Part shown: piece after piece, positions 46,733 through 55,839 of the stretch
Layout: every line of letters starts with the position of its first letter
How positions within the stretch are numbered: position 1 is the first letter of the stretch
Source: a virus
Lineage: Duplodnaviria; Caudoviricetes
DNA: 57,782 bases
Direction: 5' to 3' (one strand)
IMG/VR virus record: IMGVR_UViG_3300032116_000235
Location: 1-57,782 of that record
The notes under the pieces: generated by a model
What the model was told of the DNA's origin: nothing
The model's input: only the letters and a program-made list of their open reading frames with translations
Databases searched by the model: none
Translations under genes and position numbers: made by a program

Positions 46733-47457
46733 TTCACAACATATCAGGAAAGCCAATATGGGTCGCTTGTATTTCCACAAAGCGGCCAGAGAATGTTCAG
46801 AAGATCAAGAAGCACATTGACCCAAGCTGGTATGTCTGCCCGAACGAGAAAAAACTCTACGAGGCGAACGGGGCAAAAGGAGTTGTTGAAGTAGACGGCA
46901 ATATCGTTGCCGCGAGGAACAAAGCGATCACCGATGCCAAGAACAACGGATGTTCTCTCTGCTTGCAACTCAGCGATGATGTTACGCGATTCTACGAGTT
47001 TATGAACGAGAAGAAAGCAAAACCAGTCGATTTCGATTATGTTTTCAAGAAGATGGTGGCGTATGCGGCTTCTGATCCGGTGAAACTCGTCGGCCTTTCT
47101 ATTCAGAACAACACTCGCAACTACAAGAAAACATATTATACTGTTAACAAGTTGGTTGTGAACGATTGCGTTCTGATTGACACGAATTTCCTATACGACG
47201 AGAAAGCTGATCTGAAAGAGGATTACGATATGTTTCTTTCGCTAACAACGCGAGGCCACAAAGTTATCCGTCTTGACAATCTTTCAGGAGCCTTTCCACA
47301 CAGAGAGAATAAAGGAGGCGCAAACACTTACCGGAACTTCTTCCGAGAGCAGAAATGCAACTCATATATTTTGACCAAGTGGAAACATCTTGTTAGAACT
47401 CACAAAACGCGAGTCAACCAAATAGAAATAATGTATAAGAACCTTCCTTATGGCTAA
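46729..47457 (+). CDS. TET-associated glycosyltransferase (GT-A)
   Basis: ISTKRP, ARNK, QLSDD, KEDYD, GGAN; directly after the dioxygenase. Confidence 0.7.
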   Translation: MIHNISGKPIWVACISTKRPENVQKIKKHIDPSWYVCPNEKKLYEANGAKGVVEVDGNIVAARNKAITDAKNNGCSLCLQLSDDVTRFYEFMNEKKAKPVDFDYVFKKMVAYAASDPVKLVGLSIQNNTRNYKKTYYTVNKLVVNDCVLIDTNFLYDEKADLKEDYDMFLSLTTRGHKVIRLDNLSGAFPHRENKGGANTYRNFFREQKCNSYILTKWKHLVRTHKTRVNQIEIMYKNLPYG

Positions 47458-48028
47458 ACCAATATGGGGCATGGTGCCACCGGGAGGATGGCATTACCGA
47501 GACGGAGATGTAACGCTAGATGGTTGCAGCCTCGACAATCTTTATGATGTTGTGCGTAATTATCGCGCTGAAAACCATCTGCCAATCGGAGATGTTGTCG
47601 GAGATGTTAATTCGTTCGTTTGCGGAAACTACCCGAATTACTGCCATGGCGTTGATATGGTTGTAATTACCAGCGTTGAACAACCTTCGCGCCAATCTGA
47701 GTTGCTAAACGACATTACAATATGGGCAAAAAATATATTAGTTACCCAAAAACGAATTGATTTCGTTACGGATGAACTCGCGGAAGCCAGATCAAAAATC
47801 TGCGCAAAATGTCCAAAGAATATCAAGTGGCGTAGCGGTTGCCAATCTTGCATTACTGCAACAGATAGGCTATCAACAAGCGTTCGCCAAGCTCGTGAAA
47901 CAAAAACCTCGCGTTCTCTCGGCGGATGCTCCATAATGCGCCACGACAATAAAAGTGCAGTTTTCTTCGACAAAAACAATTTTAACAAACCACAAAACTT
48001 GCCAGCTATTTGTTGGCTAAATCAATAA
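47450..48028 (+). CDS. Cysteine-rich hypothetical protein
   Basis: PPGGWHY; RSKICAKCPKN, CQSC, terminal CW. Confidence 0.6.
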   Translation: MAKPIWGMVPPGGWHYRDGDVTLDGCSLDNLYDVVRNYRAENHLPIGDVVGDVNSFVCGNYPNYCHGVDMVVITSVEQPSRQSELLNDITIWAKNILVTQKRIDFVTDELAEARSKICAKCPKNIKWRSGCQSCITATDRLSTSVRQARETKTSRSLGGCSIMRHDNKSAVFFDKNNFNKPQNLPAICWLNQ

Positions 48029-50451
48029 TGGCTAATTCAATCAAACCGCTCCCCGCAGAAGTCAGCAACAGCTACGCAACCAAAGCTCCGCGACTGCGAG
48101 ATGGTTCAGACAAAGACCAGCGGGTAAATCTTGAAATCACCGAACAGAAAGTCAACGACACTAACGATGTTGTTGATAAAGAGACTTTAACAGTTCGCCG
48201 GACATTTCGTGACGCATCACAAGCGTTTTCCGCTTACAAACGCCTTAAACAACAGAATGTCGAGCGCAACCGCAAAAATGCGCTGATTCAGAAGAAGCTC
48301 AACAACGAGCCGCCATACAGTCCGAAGAAACTTGAAAGCATGGGTCAGAATTGGCGTTCTAATCGACCAACTGGTTTTCTTTCCATTCTTGTCAGCCGGA
48401 TTCAGCCTCCGTTCAAAGCGGTTATTGAAGCTGGATCGACAATGACCTATAGCAAATTCCCAATTAACAGCGTCGATTCCGAGCAAAAGACCAAAGTATT
48501 TCGTGAGGAAATTACGAAAACAATTCGCGGATGGAGCGGCCATAATGATCTTTTGGCCCAAGTGGTTCATGAGAACACAACCTTCGGGTTTACCGCAATG
48601 TGTTGGGATGACACCCGAGATTGGAAGCCGGAATTCCTGCGCCAAGACTATACTTTTTTCTCAATTGAAACTCCTCAGAATGTTGACGCAACGCCAATTT
48701 GGGCGCGGAAGAGGAAATACCAGATTGCAGAGCTTCTTCCTATTCTTGAAGATGCCGAACTTTCCGCTTTGGCGGGATGGCACATTAAGAATCTTGTTAA
48801 GGCAATCAACACCGCCAGACCCGCTGGCAGAACTCTTGATAGCGACGATGATGCTCGCCGCTATGAAGACTGGATGCGTGAAGGTTCTTATGGGGCAAGC
48901 TACGAGAACGATGCGAAGTATGTCGAACTTGGCGAACTGCTCGTAAAAGAACCTAACGGAAAGATCAGCCGATTCTTGTTTGACGATAAGACAGGCGACG
49001 AGATTTGCACTCAGCTTGATCGCTACAATCGGATGTCGGATTGCTTGGCGTTGTTCGCCATCGAAGTTGGTTCTGGCTCTTTGATGTCCAGCCGTGGCGC
49101 AGGACGCGATCTTTACAACACCCATATTGCAGTCGATAAGGCCAGAAACCTAATCATCGACAATACCTATCTGCGCGGAATGCTTCTTCTTCGTAAAAGC
49201 GCAACAGCAAAAAATGGGGTTGCTCCGCTCACGGTGAACCATCCCGTAGCTTTCATTTCGGAAGGCTATGAGGTTGTTCAACAGCAAATGCCAGCCGATG
49301 TGGAAGATTTCATTCGCCTCGATCAATTCGTCAGCGGAATGGCGGAAATCCAAGTTGGAACTTTCCTTCCCTCTTCCGCAATGGGAATTCAAACTGGTGA
49401 CAAAACTGCCAGCGAAATCAACCGAGTGGCGGCGATTGAGAACCAAATCCGAGAAGGAATTCTTTCTCGTTGGGCGTTCCAATATTCCCAAGCGGTTCAG
49501 CGGATGCAACGGGGAATTTGCCATCCTGAACATATCCGTGCCGCCAGCGAATTGAAAACGATGCTGGATGTTGCGAGAATCCAAAATCCTGCCGCTGTAT
49601 GGGCAAGACGCGATGTTGTTGAAGCATTCATGGAATCTGGATTGGAAATGCCATCATTTATGGTTCCGTTTGAAATTCCACGCCATCTTGACGAGGACGC
49701 TATTGATTGTTGTTTGCGGATGATTGAACGCAATCTTCCACCAAGCGATATTCTTCTTATGGCATTTACGCCAGCGCAAGAACTGCTTCCTGATATGCTT
49801 TCGCAAGACAACGCCATCCTCGATCTTTTGATTCAGCGATACATGGGCAATCCTTCAATCAACCAAGCCGAGTTGATGAAACTGGATTGGAGCCGGAAAG
49901 TTGGTCAGGAAATCGCCAATTCTGTTATCGTTCCGCCTGACATGGTTCAGGCTAACGCGATTGAAGCCACTCGCCAACAGGTTATCGAACTGCAAAGCAT
50001 CATGGCTGGGCAGGAAGTCCCAGTGTCTCCGCGAGACGATGATGATATTCACCTTGAAACGCTCACGCAAAAACTAATGCCCGTCATCGCTAACGCTCCT
50101 GAAGGCTCTCTGCCTCCTGAAATGGTTCAGCCATTCACAAGAGCGTTGCAACATTACATGACGCATATTCAGCAGGCCGAAGGCAAAGGAATAGACAAAC
50201 AGAAACTTCAAATCTATAAAGAAGGTTTGAAAATGGCTTATGAAAAAATGACCGCTGGGTTAAACGCTCCTCCGGTGGATCAAGTTATGCCTGCGGCGGC
50301 AGTTGGGCGGTCAGGCGGAGGCGGAGGAGGTCGCAGGCCATCAGTCGCACAAGCAAACATGGCAGGGGAAGCATTGGCTCAATCTCAGCCAAACCAACTC
50401 GGAACAATCAACGAAATCGCCGCTCCCGGAAAACCTCCGACTGCGGCTTAA
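48028..50451 (+). CDS. Portal protein
   Basis: About 800 aa between TerL and scaffold; KTASEI motif; DDDDIH..H C-terminal region. Confidence 0.7.
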   Translation: MANSIKPLPAEVSNSYATKAPRLRDGSDKDQRVNLEITEQKVNDTNDVVDKETLTVRRTFRDASQAFSAYKRLKQQNVERNRKNALIQKKLNNEPPYSPKKLESMGQNWRSNRPTGFLSILVSRIQPPFKAVIEAGSTMTYSKFPINSVDSEQKTKVFREEITKTIRGWSGHNDLLAQVVHENTTFGFTAMCWDDTRDWKPEFLRQDYTFFSIETPQNVDATPIWARKRKYQIAELLPILEDAELSALAGWHIKNLVKAINTARPAGRTLDSDDDARRYEDWMREGSYGASYENDAKYVELGELLVKEPNGKISRFLFDDKTGDEICTQLDRYNRMSDCLALFAIEVGSGSLMSSRGAGRDLYNTHIAVDKARNLIIDNTYLRGMLLLRKSATAKNGVAPLTVNHPVAFISEGYEVVQQQMPADVEDFIRLDQFVSGMAEIQVGTFLPSSAMGIQTGDKTASEINRVAAIENQIREGILSRWAFQYSQAVQRMQRGICHPEHIRAASELKTMLDVARIQNPAAVWARRDVVEAFMESGLEMPSFMVPFEIPRHLDEDAIDCCLRMIERNLPPSDILLMAFTPAQELLPDMLSQDNAILDLLIQRYMGNPSINQAELMKLDWSRKVGQEIANSVIVPPDMVQANAIEATRQQVIELQSIMAGQEVPVSPRDDDDIHLETLTQKLMPVIANAPEGSLPPEMVQPFTRALQHYMTHIQQAEGKGIDKQKLQIYKEGLKMAYEKMTAGLNAPPVDQVMPAAAVGRSGGGGGGRRPSVAQANMAGEALAQSQPNQLGTINEIAAPGKPPTAA

Positions 50452-50461
50452 TAATAAAATT

Positions 50462-50779
50462 ATGCCAGATACTAATAAAAAAACAAAAGGGTTGGGAGCA
50501 AAGACCGACAAAGAAAAAAACGAGGAAGTAAAAGCGTTGGAAACCAAGCTCGACAAAGAGCGGGAACTTGAACGCTTGCTGAAAGCCGAGGAGGATGCCG
50601 CTTACGAGCGTCTTGAAAAGCAAGGCATGAGCGATCAGGGAATTGTTTCTCCCGAACAGCTTCTTGAGTTCGGAAAAGATGTCTACAAAGGCACGAAAGC
50701 CAACGCTAAAAAAGTCGCCACGAAAGTTGGCGAAGGAATTTCAAGGCTCGCTGAAAAAGTTAAAGAGAAAATGAAATGA
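50462..50779 (+). CDS. Charged hypothetical protein
   Basis: ATG at 50462. Confidence 0.5.
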   Translation: MPDTNKKTKGLGAKTDKEKNEEVKALETKLDKERELERLLKAEEDAAYERLEKQGMSDQGIVSPEQLLEFGKDVYKGTKANAKKVATKVGEGISRLAEKVKEKMK

Positions 50780-51018
50780 CAAACTGGGAACCTGCTGACG
50801 CAAATCGTCTCCGCGATTACTTGAATAAAACTCAATTCAAACTCGCGGTATTTCTGAAAACGCGCATTCCTCGCATTGACGGCAAAACGATTGAGGAAGT
50901 TGCTTTGCAGGCTAAATACAAAGAAGGATTTGAAACCGCTCTGCGAGAGCTTGACGAGCTTGCCATTGTTCTTGAAAACAAAGACGATCCCTCGTCTGGC
51001 ACATTCACAACAATGTAA
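50776..51018 (+). CDS. Hypothetical protein
   Basis: 80 aa between portal and scaffold. Confidence 0.55.
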   Translation: MTNWEPADANRLRDYLNKTQFKLAVFLKTRIPRIDGKTIEEVALQAKYKEGFETALRELDELAIVLENKDDPSSGTFTTM

Positions 51019-51023
51019 ATCCT

Positions 51024-51275
51024 ATGGCTGAAATCAAAAAACGCTTCACAAAAATTGTCCATAACAAGGCAACCGGAAGAACGCGAACAGTCAAATACGG
51101 GCAAGCTGGCAAAGCGGCTGATGGCGGCGACAGGATTCGTCCGGGAACCAAAAAAGGCGATGCGTATTGCGCTCGTTCAGCAAAAATCAAAGGGGATTGG
51201 AAAAGTGACCCAAACAGCCCGAACAACCTGTCACGCAAAAAGTGGCGTTGCCGTGGCTCTAAATCCATGAAATAG
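51024..51275 (+). CDS. Small basic phage protein
   Basis: VKYGQAG...AYCARS...SPNNLSRKKWRC. Confidence 0.65.
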   Translation: MAEIKKRFTKIVHNKATGRTRTVKYGQAGKAADGGDRIRPGTKKGDAYCARSAKIKGDWKSDPNSPNNLSRKKWRCRGSKSMK

Positions 51276-51356
51276 TATAAAGAGTTTAGTCATCTATACG
51301 CTAAACTCGGTATAAGTGCATATATTTCGGTATAAAATAACAAAAACACAATAAAT

Positions 51357-52628
51357 ATGGAAGATAACGAAAAAGCAGAACTTGATGTGACTGGATTTGG
51401 CAATCCCGGTCTTGAAGCAGATAAAATTGACGACGAGACAGATTCTTATATTGATTCTGCGCTCGATTCCGCGTTGGAAGAGACAGCAGAAGCCGAGACA
51501 GCAGATAATGAGCCTGTCATTGAAGAACAGGCTTCGGAGACGCCAGAAGGCATTCCAGAGCGCGAAATCGCCACTCCTGCTCAAATTGATCCCGTTGAGC
51601 CTGTTTCTCCCGTTGAACCTGTCATTCCTCCAGTTGAAATTGATCCGGAGATTTCTGCGATTGAACAACCTCGGAATCTTTCTGAAAAAAACCAGAGCAA
51701 TTGGCGCAAACTGCAAGAAACCGCTTCCTCGTATAAACGCCAAGCGCAAGAAGCCGAAGTGTTGCGTCAGAAGTTGCAGGAATACGAGCAAAAACCTCCT
51801 GTTCCGCAAGACTACGAAGACCTGCGTAAATTCCGAGCAATCTTCGATGTTCAGTCTGATCCTGAATTTCAAGAAAAATACGACAAACCAATCAATCAAG
51901 CCAAAGATGCTGTGTATTCTATTCTGCGTAAGCATGGGGCAACTGACGAGGTTATCAATTCAATCGAAGCGAAAGGCGGACCAGATAAAGTTGACCAGAA
52001 ATGGTGGATTGAAAATGCCATCAACAAACTTCCCTTGACTGACGCCGAGCGATTAAAGCGTGGGCTTGTGGATGTTGCTGACTTGCAGGAGCGCAGGATG
52101 TCGGAAGTGCAGAAATCAGCTCAAAATGCCGAGCAATATTACCAGCAACGAGGCGAAGCGGCTGTCGAATGGTTCTCAAATCAGGAGCAGGAAATTTACA
52201 AGTATGTTCAAGATCGTGTTGTCCAAGAAAAAGCTGAATGGGCCATGCGAAAAGAAGTGCCTAAAAACGCAACGCCTGAACAGATGAAAGCAATTCAAGC
52301 GCACAACGAACTTGCTGGCCAAGTTGAAAATCTTTTTACCTCTGCATTGTGGCCTAAAACTTCTCAAGAACGGGCAGATGTCGCGGCGGCGGCGGCGATG
52401 AGTCATGTTTTGACAAATCAACTCCGCGCCGAACAGACAAGTCGCCAGAAAATGGCGGCGCAGTTGAAGCAACTCACCGAAGAAAACGCTCGCTTGAAAG
52501 GAGCCGGAAGAATGCCAAAACAAAATCTTGCTACTGCTTCCAGTAACAAACCAGCAAGCACCACGGATCGGCTAAAAATGTCGTCTCTTGACGCCATTGA
52601 TCTTGGCCTTGATGAAGCTGGCGCGTAA
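51357..52628 (+). CDS. Capsid scaffolding protein
   Basis: Acidic Pro-rich N-terminus, long helical body, between portal and capsid. Confidence 0.6.
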   Translation: MEDNEKAELDVTGFGNPGLEADKIDDETDSYIDSALDSALEETAEAETADNEPVIEEQASETPEGIPEREIATPAQIDPVEPVSPVEPVIPPVEIDPEISAIEQPRNLSEKNQSNWRKLQETASSYKRQAQEAEVLRQKLQEYEQKPPVPQDYEDLRKFRAIFDVQSDPEFQEKYDKPINQAKDAVYSILRKHGATDEVINSIEAKGGPDKVDQKWWIENAINKLPLTDAERLKRGLVDVADLQERRMSEVQKSAQNAEQYYQQRGEAAVEWFSNQEQEIYKYVQDRVVQEKAEWAMRKEVPKNATPEQMKAIQAHNELAGQVENLFTSALWPKTSQERADVAAAAAMSHVLTNQLRAEQTSRQKMAAQLKQLTEENARLKGAGRMPKQNLATASSNKPASTTDRLKMSSLDAIDLGLDEAGA

Positions 52629-52635
52629 ATGCGCC

Positions 52636-52660
52636 AACTGTTAGGAGATTCCTAACAGTT
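52636..52660. terminator. Perfect 11-bp hairpin after scaffold gene
   Basis: aactgttagga-gat-tcctaacagtt. Confidence 0.45.
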
Positions 52661-52700
52661 CAATTCAATAACTGAATTAATAAACAGAAAATAGATACCT

Positions 52701-53717
52701 ATGAGCCAACCAAAATTGTCGCCTGACGAAAAAATCACAGCCATTGCGCTTGAACAACCTGATCCATTCTCAAGGCCCGGACAAACGGCAAAAATTCCCG
52801 GAAACCAATCAAGAAAACCGCAACGAGATTTCTCACATCTTGATGAACCTGTCGCAGAAGTTGCTCAGAAAAAAGAAGAGCCAGTAGAGGAGAAAAAAGA
52901 AACGAAAAAGCGTGGCCCAAAAACGAAGAAACTGGAAACAATTCCAGAACCAACAGCAATAGTTGAGGAAATTATTGTGGCCTCGCGAAGCGTTGATGGG
53001 TTGCCAAGCTATCGCGCTGAATTTTCAGGGCGAGATGTTTTTGTGGGCTTCCCTTGCTATAAAACAACAAATCCCGTTACCGCATTCGCAATGATTGCGC
53101 TGGCTTTGGATTTCGGGCGCGACAAAATCCGCTATGATATGTCGATTGGTGACGCGATGGTTTATCACAGCCGCAATCGCATTGCTGAAAAGTTCCTTCA
53201 AACAGACGCGAAATATCTGTTCATGATGGATGATGACATTATCCCTTGTATTGGCCGTCCGGCATGGATGAAAGCCAATGTTGCTTCTGCTCGCAGCTTG
53301 ACAGATCTTCCGCTTCAACGCCACATTTTGCATCGGTTGATCAACAGCGGAAAAACGCTCGTCGGCGGAGCATATTTTGGCCGTCAAGAAGGGGCAAAGT
53401 TGATGTGTAGCGATCAATCGTTAGTAAAAAATGCGCGCCAATACGACGATTTCATTGTGCCTGTTGATTGGATTGCTACTGGATGCCTTTTGGTTCACAG
53501 GCAGGTTTTTTTAGACATCAAAGAAAAGTTTCCAGAGCTTGCGCCAACCTCCGCTCAACTTGCCGCAGACCCAACTGCGCCTTTCGATTTCTTTCTACCG
53601 ATGAAAGGTGGCGTTGGCGAAGATGTTGCTTTCTGCCATCGCGCAAAACAAATCGGCCATCAACCGCACATTGATCTTGGAACTCCCGTCTTTCATGTCG
53701 GCTACAAAACTTACTGA
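52701..53717 (+). CDS. GT-A glycosyltransferase with charged N-terminal extension
   Basis: VGFPCY, SRNRIA, FMMDDD, TGCLLVHR, GEDVAFCHRA..H.G. Confidence 0.75.
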   Translation: MSQPKLSPDEKITAIALEQPDPFSRPGQTAKIPGNQSRKPQRDFSHLDEPVAEVAQKKEEPVEEKKETKKRGPKTKKLETIPEPTAIVEEIIVASRSVDGLPSYRAEFSGRDVFVGFPCYKTTNPVTAFAMIALALDFGRDKIRYDMSIGDAMVYHSRNRIAEKFLQTDAKYLFMMDDDIIPCIGRPAWMKANVASARSLTDLPLQRHILHRLINSGKTLVGGAYFGRQEGAKLMCSDQSLVKNARQYDDFIVPVDWIATGCLLVHRQVFLDIKEKFPELAPTSAQLAADPTAPFDFFLPMKGGVGEDVAFCHRAKQIGHQPHIDLGTPVFHVGYKTY

Positions 53718-54325
53718 TGAAACCTAAAATTTACGCTTACTACGAGTCAATTCAGATGAGCAATCAGCCAGAGGAATTTGCTTGCGCAAATATCTGGAAA
53801 GAATCATGGGAAAAGAACGGATGGGAAGCCGTCATGCTCAACAATAGCCATGCAAAAGGAAGCAATCTATACCAAAAGCTGGTTACTCGCATATTGAAAA
53901 CGCTTCCTCATTTTTCTTTAGAAGACCAAAACAATTTGCAACGAGTAATGGTGCGTTTTACGCGCTGGTGCGCTCTTCATGCCGCAAGAGGCGGCTGGAT
54001 GTCTGATTACGATTGCGTGAATGTTGGTTTTTCACCGCAAGATGCCGATGAATTAGCAAAATCTGATTCATTGATTGTTATCGGAAAGCCGAGTTCATAT
54101 TTGTTCTACGCTAATCATGATATTTGCGGAGGAACGATCAGCAAATTCATTGCGGATGGAATAATGAACGGAAGTTCCATTTCATCTGAATCAGAACTAC
54201 TCAATTTCAGTAAAGAATACTCAGATATGGACAAAAAAATTGTCCATGTTCGGAAATCTGATGGCAAAACAAAATCGGAAGCCATGAAATCAATTTATGC
54301 AGAATTCATTTCCGTTCCAGCGTAG
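53717..54325 (+). CDS. Glycosyltransferase-like (DxD, GT32-like)
   Basis: SWEKNGW, RW.AL..RGGWMSDYD. Confidence 0.5.
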   Translation: MKPKIYAYYESIQMSNQPEEFACANIWKESWEKNGWEAVMLNNSHAKGSNLYQKLVTRILKTLPHFSLEDQNNLQRVMVRFTRWCALHAARGGWMSDYDCVNVGFSPQDADELAKSDSLIVIGKPSSYLFYANHDICGGTISKFIADGIMNGSSISSESELLNFSKEYSDMDKKIVHVRKSDGKTKSEAMKSIYAEFISVPA

Positions 54326-55022
54326 AAAAACATTTCTGCATACAGGACATATTGGTGATATAATCGCTTTTTTACCATCATTCCAAGCTCTAAACGGAAC
54401 TACGATTGTCGTTCAAGACGGAGAACGGATGGTTCCAATGCGAGGATTCAAATTTGATTCATTAAAACCACTCCTCGAAAGTCAGGGGATTGAAACAACG
54501 ATGAACTTTTCTGGATTTTGCATTGATGTCAATGTTTCAGGTTGGAGAGAATGTTATCGCGATGATATTTCTTTGCTGGATTCGCAAGCGAGATATTTAG
54601 GGGTTGTTCCAAAAAAAACGGGGCGCATGAACATAACTGAGCCTTGGATAAAAGTTGAAAAAAACAAAAAACTCATCGGGAAAACAATTTTTAATCGCAC
54701 GCCAAGATATAGAAATGACAGGTTTTCGTGGGAGAAAATTTATGATAAATATGGGGAAAATTCTATTTTTATTGGAACCGAGGAAGAGCACGATGAATTT
54801 TGCAAAAAAATTGGGGCTATTCAATATTATCAGACAAAAAATTGTTTAGAAGTCGCTGAGGCAATCAACGGGTGTGATCTTTTTATAGGTAATCAATCAA
54901 GTTCTTTTTGGATAGCTGCCGCGCTCAGAAAACCTTTAATTCAAGAGGTATTTCCGCCGTGTCCGAATAGCATTATTGAGTATCCAGAAGCGCAGTATCT
55001 ATTTCATACCGACGATTTATGA
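54297..55022 (+). CDS. GT9 (heptosyltransferase-like) glycosyltransferase
   Basis: GHIGDII, EAINGCDLFIGNQSS.FWIAAALRKP. Confidence 0.7.
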   Translation: MQNSFPFQRRKTFLHTGHIGDIIAFLPSFQALNGTTIVVQDGERMVPMRGFKFDSLKPLLESQGIETTMNFSGFCIDVNVSGWRECYRDDISLLDSQARYLGVVPKKTGRMNITEPWIKVEKNKKLIGKTIFNRTPRYRNDRFSWEKIYDKYGENSIFIGTEEEHDEFCKKIGAIQYYQTKNCLEVAEAINGCDLFIGNQSSSFWIAAALRKPLIQEVFPPCPNSIIEYPEAQYLFHTDDL

Positions 55023-55591
55023 AAGAGTCATCAAAAGCTATGGAGAGGAGGTTTAAATCTGAAAAGGCTTCTTTATTCAAAAAAATTTTCCAAGGTAAAG
55101 GAATTGACATCGGCGCAGGTGACGATCTTATCAAGGTTGATGGAGTTATTGGATTTGATGTTGAGGATGGTGACGCAAACCATCTTGACAGATATTTTGA
55201 ATCCGAATCTTTCGACTTCATTCATGCCTCTCAATGTTTAGAGCACATGATTGATCCAAAAGCCGCGCTCATTTCTTGGCTGAAAGTTCTGAAGAAAGGT
55301 GGATACGCAGTCATCTCTATTCCATCTTGGGAACTCTACGAGGGAATGATCTGGCCTAGCCGATTCAATCCAGATCACAAGTCAACTTGGTCTTTATGGA
55401 TGCCAGCTTCTCCAGCACCAACTCATGTTTGCTTGCCAGAATGGACTGCGTGTTTTTCTGATTGTGATTTGATCTGCTGTGACTTGATAGACACAAATTA
55501 TAATTACAAAATTGGAACTCGTATTGACCAAACATATCCATACGAAAATCGCGTTGAAGCGTTCATAGAATTTATTTTGAGGAAAAGATAA
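55019..55591 (+). CDS. Class I SAM-dependent methyltransferase
   Basis: GIDIGAGDD, FDFIHASQCLEH, VLKKGGY. Confidence 0.85.
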   Translation: MKESSKAMERRFKSEKASLFKKIFQGKGIDIGAGDDLIKVDGVIGFDVEDGDANHLDRYFESESFDFIHASQCLEHMIDPKAALISWLKVLKKGGYAVISIPSWELYEGMIWPSRFNPDHKSTWSLWMPASPAPTHVCLPEWTACFSDCDLICCDLIDTNYNYKIGTRIDQTYPYENRVEAFIEFILRKR

Positions 55592-55598
55592 AAATTAT

Positions 55599-55627
55599 TT
55601 GACAAGTTCAATTCTTTGAAATAAAAC
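55599..55627 (+). promoter_or_regulatory. Putative promoter for major capsid transcript
   Basis: TTGACA-17 nt-TAAAAC. Confidence 0.5.
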
Positions 55628-55639
55628 ATTGCCATATTC

Positions 55640-55802
55640 GGGATGCCAAATCCGTTATTTTGGTGGCTCGGTTGAAGCCAAGGCAATCAACCAAACAAGC
55701 CGTAAAAAAAGCACCAGCGGCTGGGTGCGATCCAAAAATTAACCGCTCTGAAAAGAGCAAAAATTTGTTCTGGAATCGCGCCATAATGTTGTGATTTCGG
55801 AA
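55640..55802 (+). ncRNA. Candidate structured cis-regulatory RNA leader of major capsid gene
   Basis: Nested stems ttttgg/ccaaaa, ggct/agcc, ggttga/tcaacc, gcacc/ggtgc; gctct-GAAA-agagc; a G-U-rich long hairpin at 55768-55802. Confidence 0.5.
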
Positions 55803-55839
55803 CTCTCGAAAACAACCAAAATAAAATCAAAATAAAATT

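Noticed and set aside
55019-55591. DNA methyltransferase partner for the TET enzyme
   Set aside because: Lacks PCQ/ENV or DPPY motifs; resembles small-molecule/glycan methyltransferases
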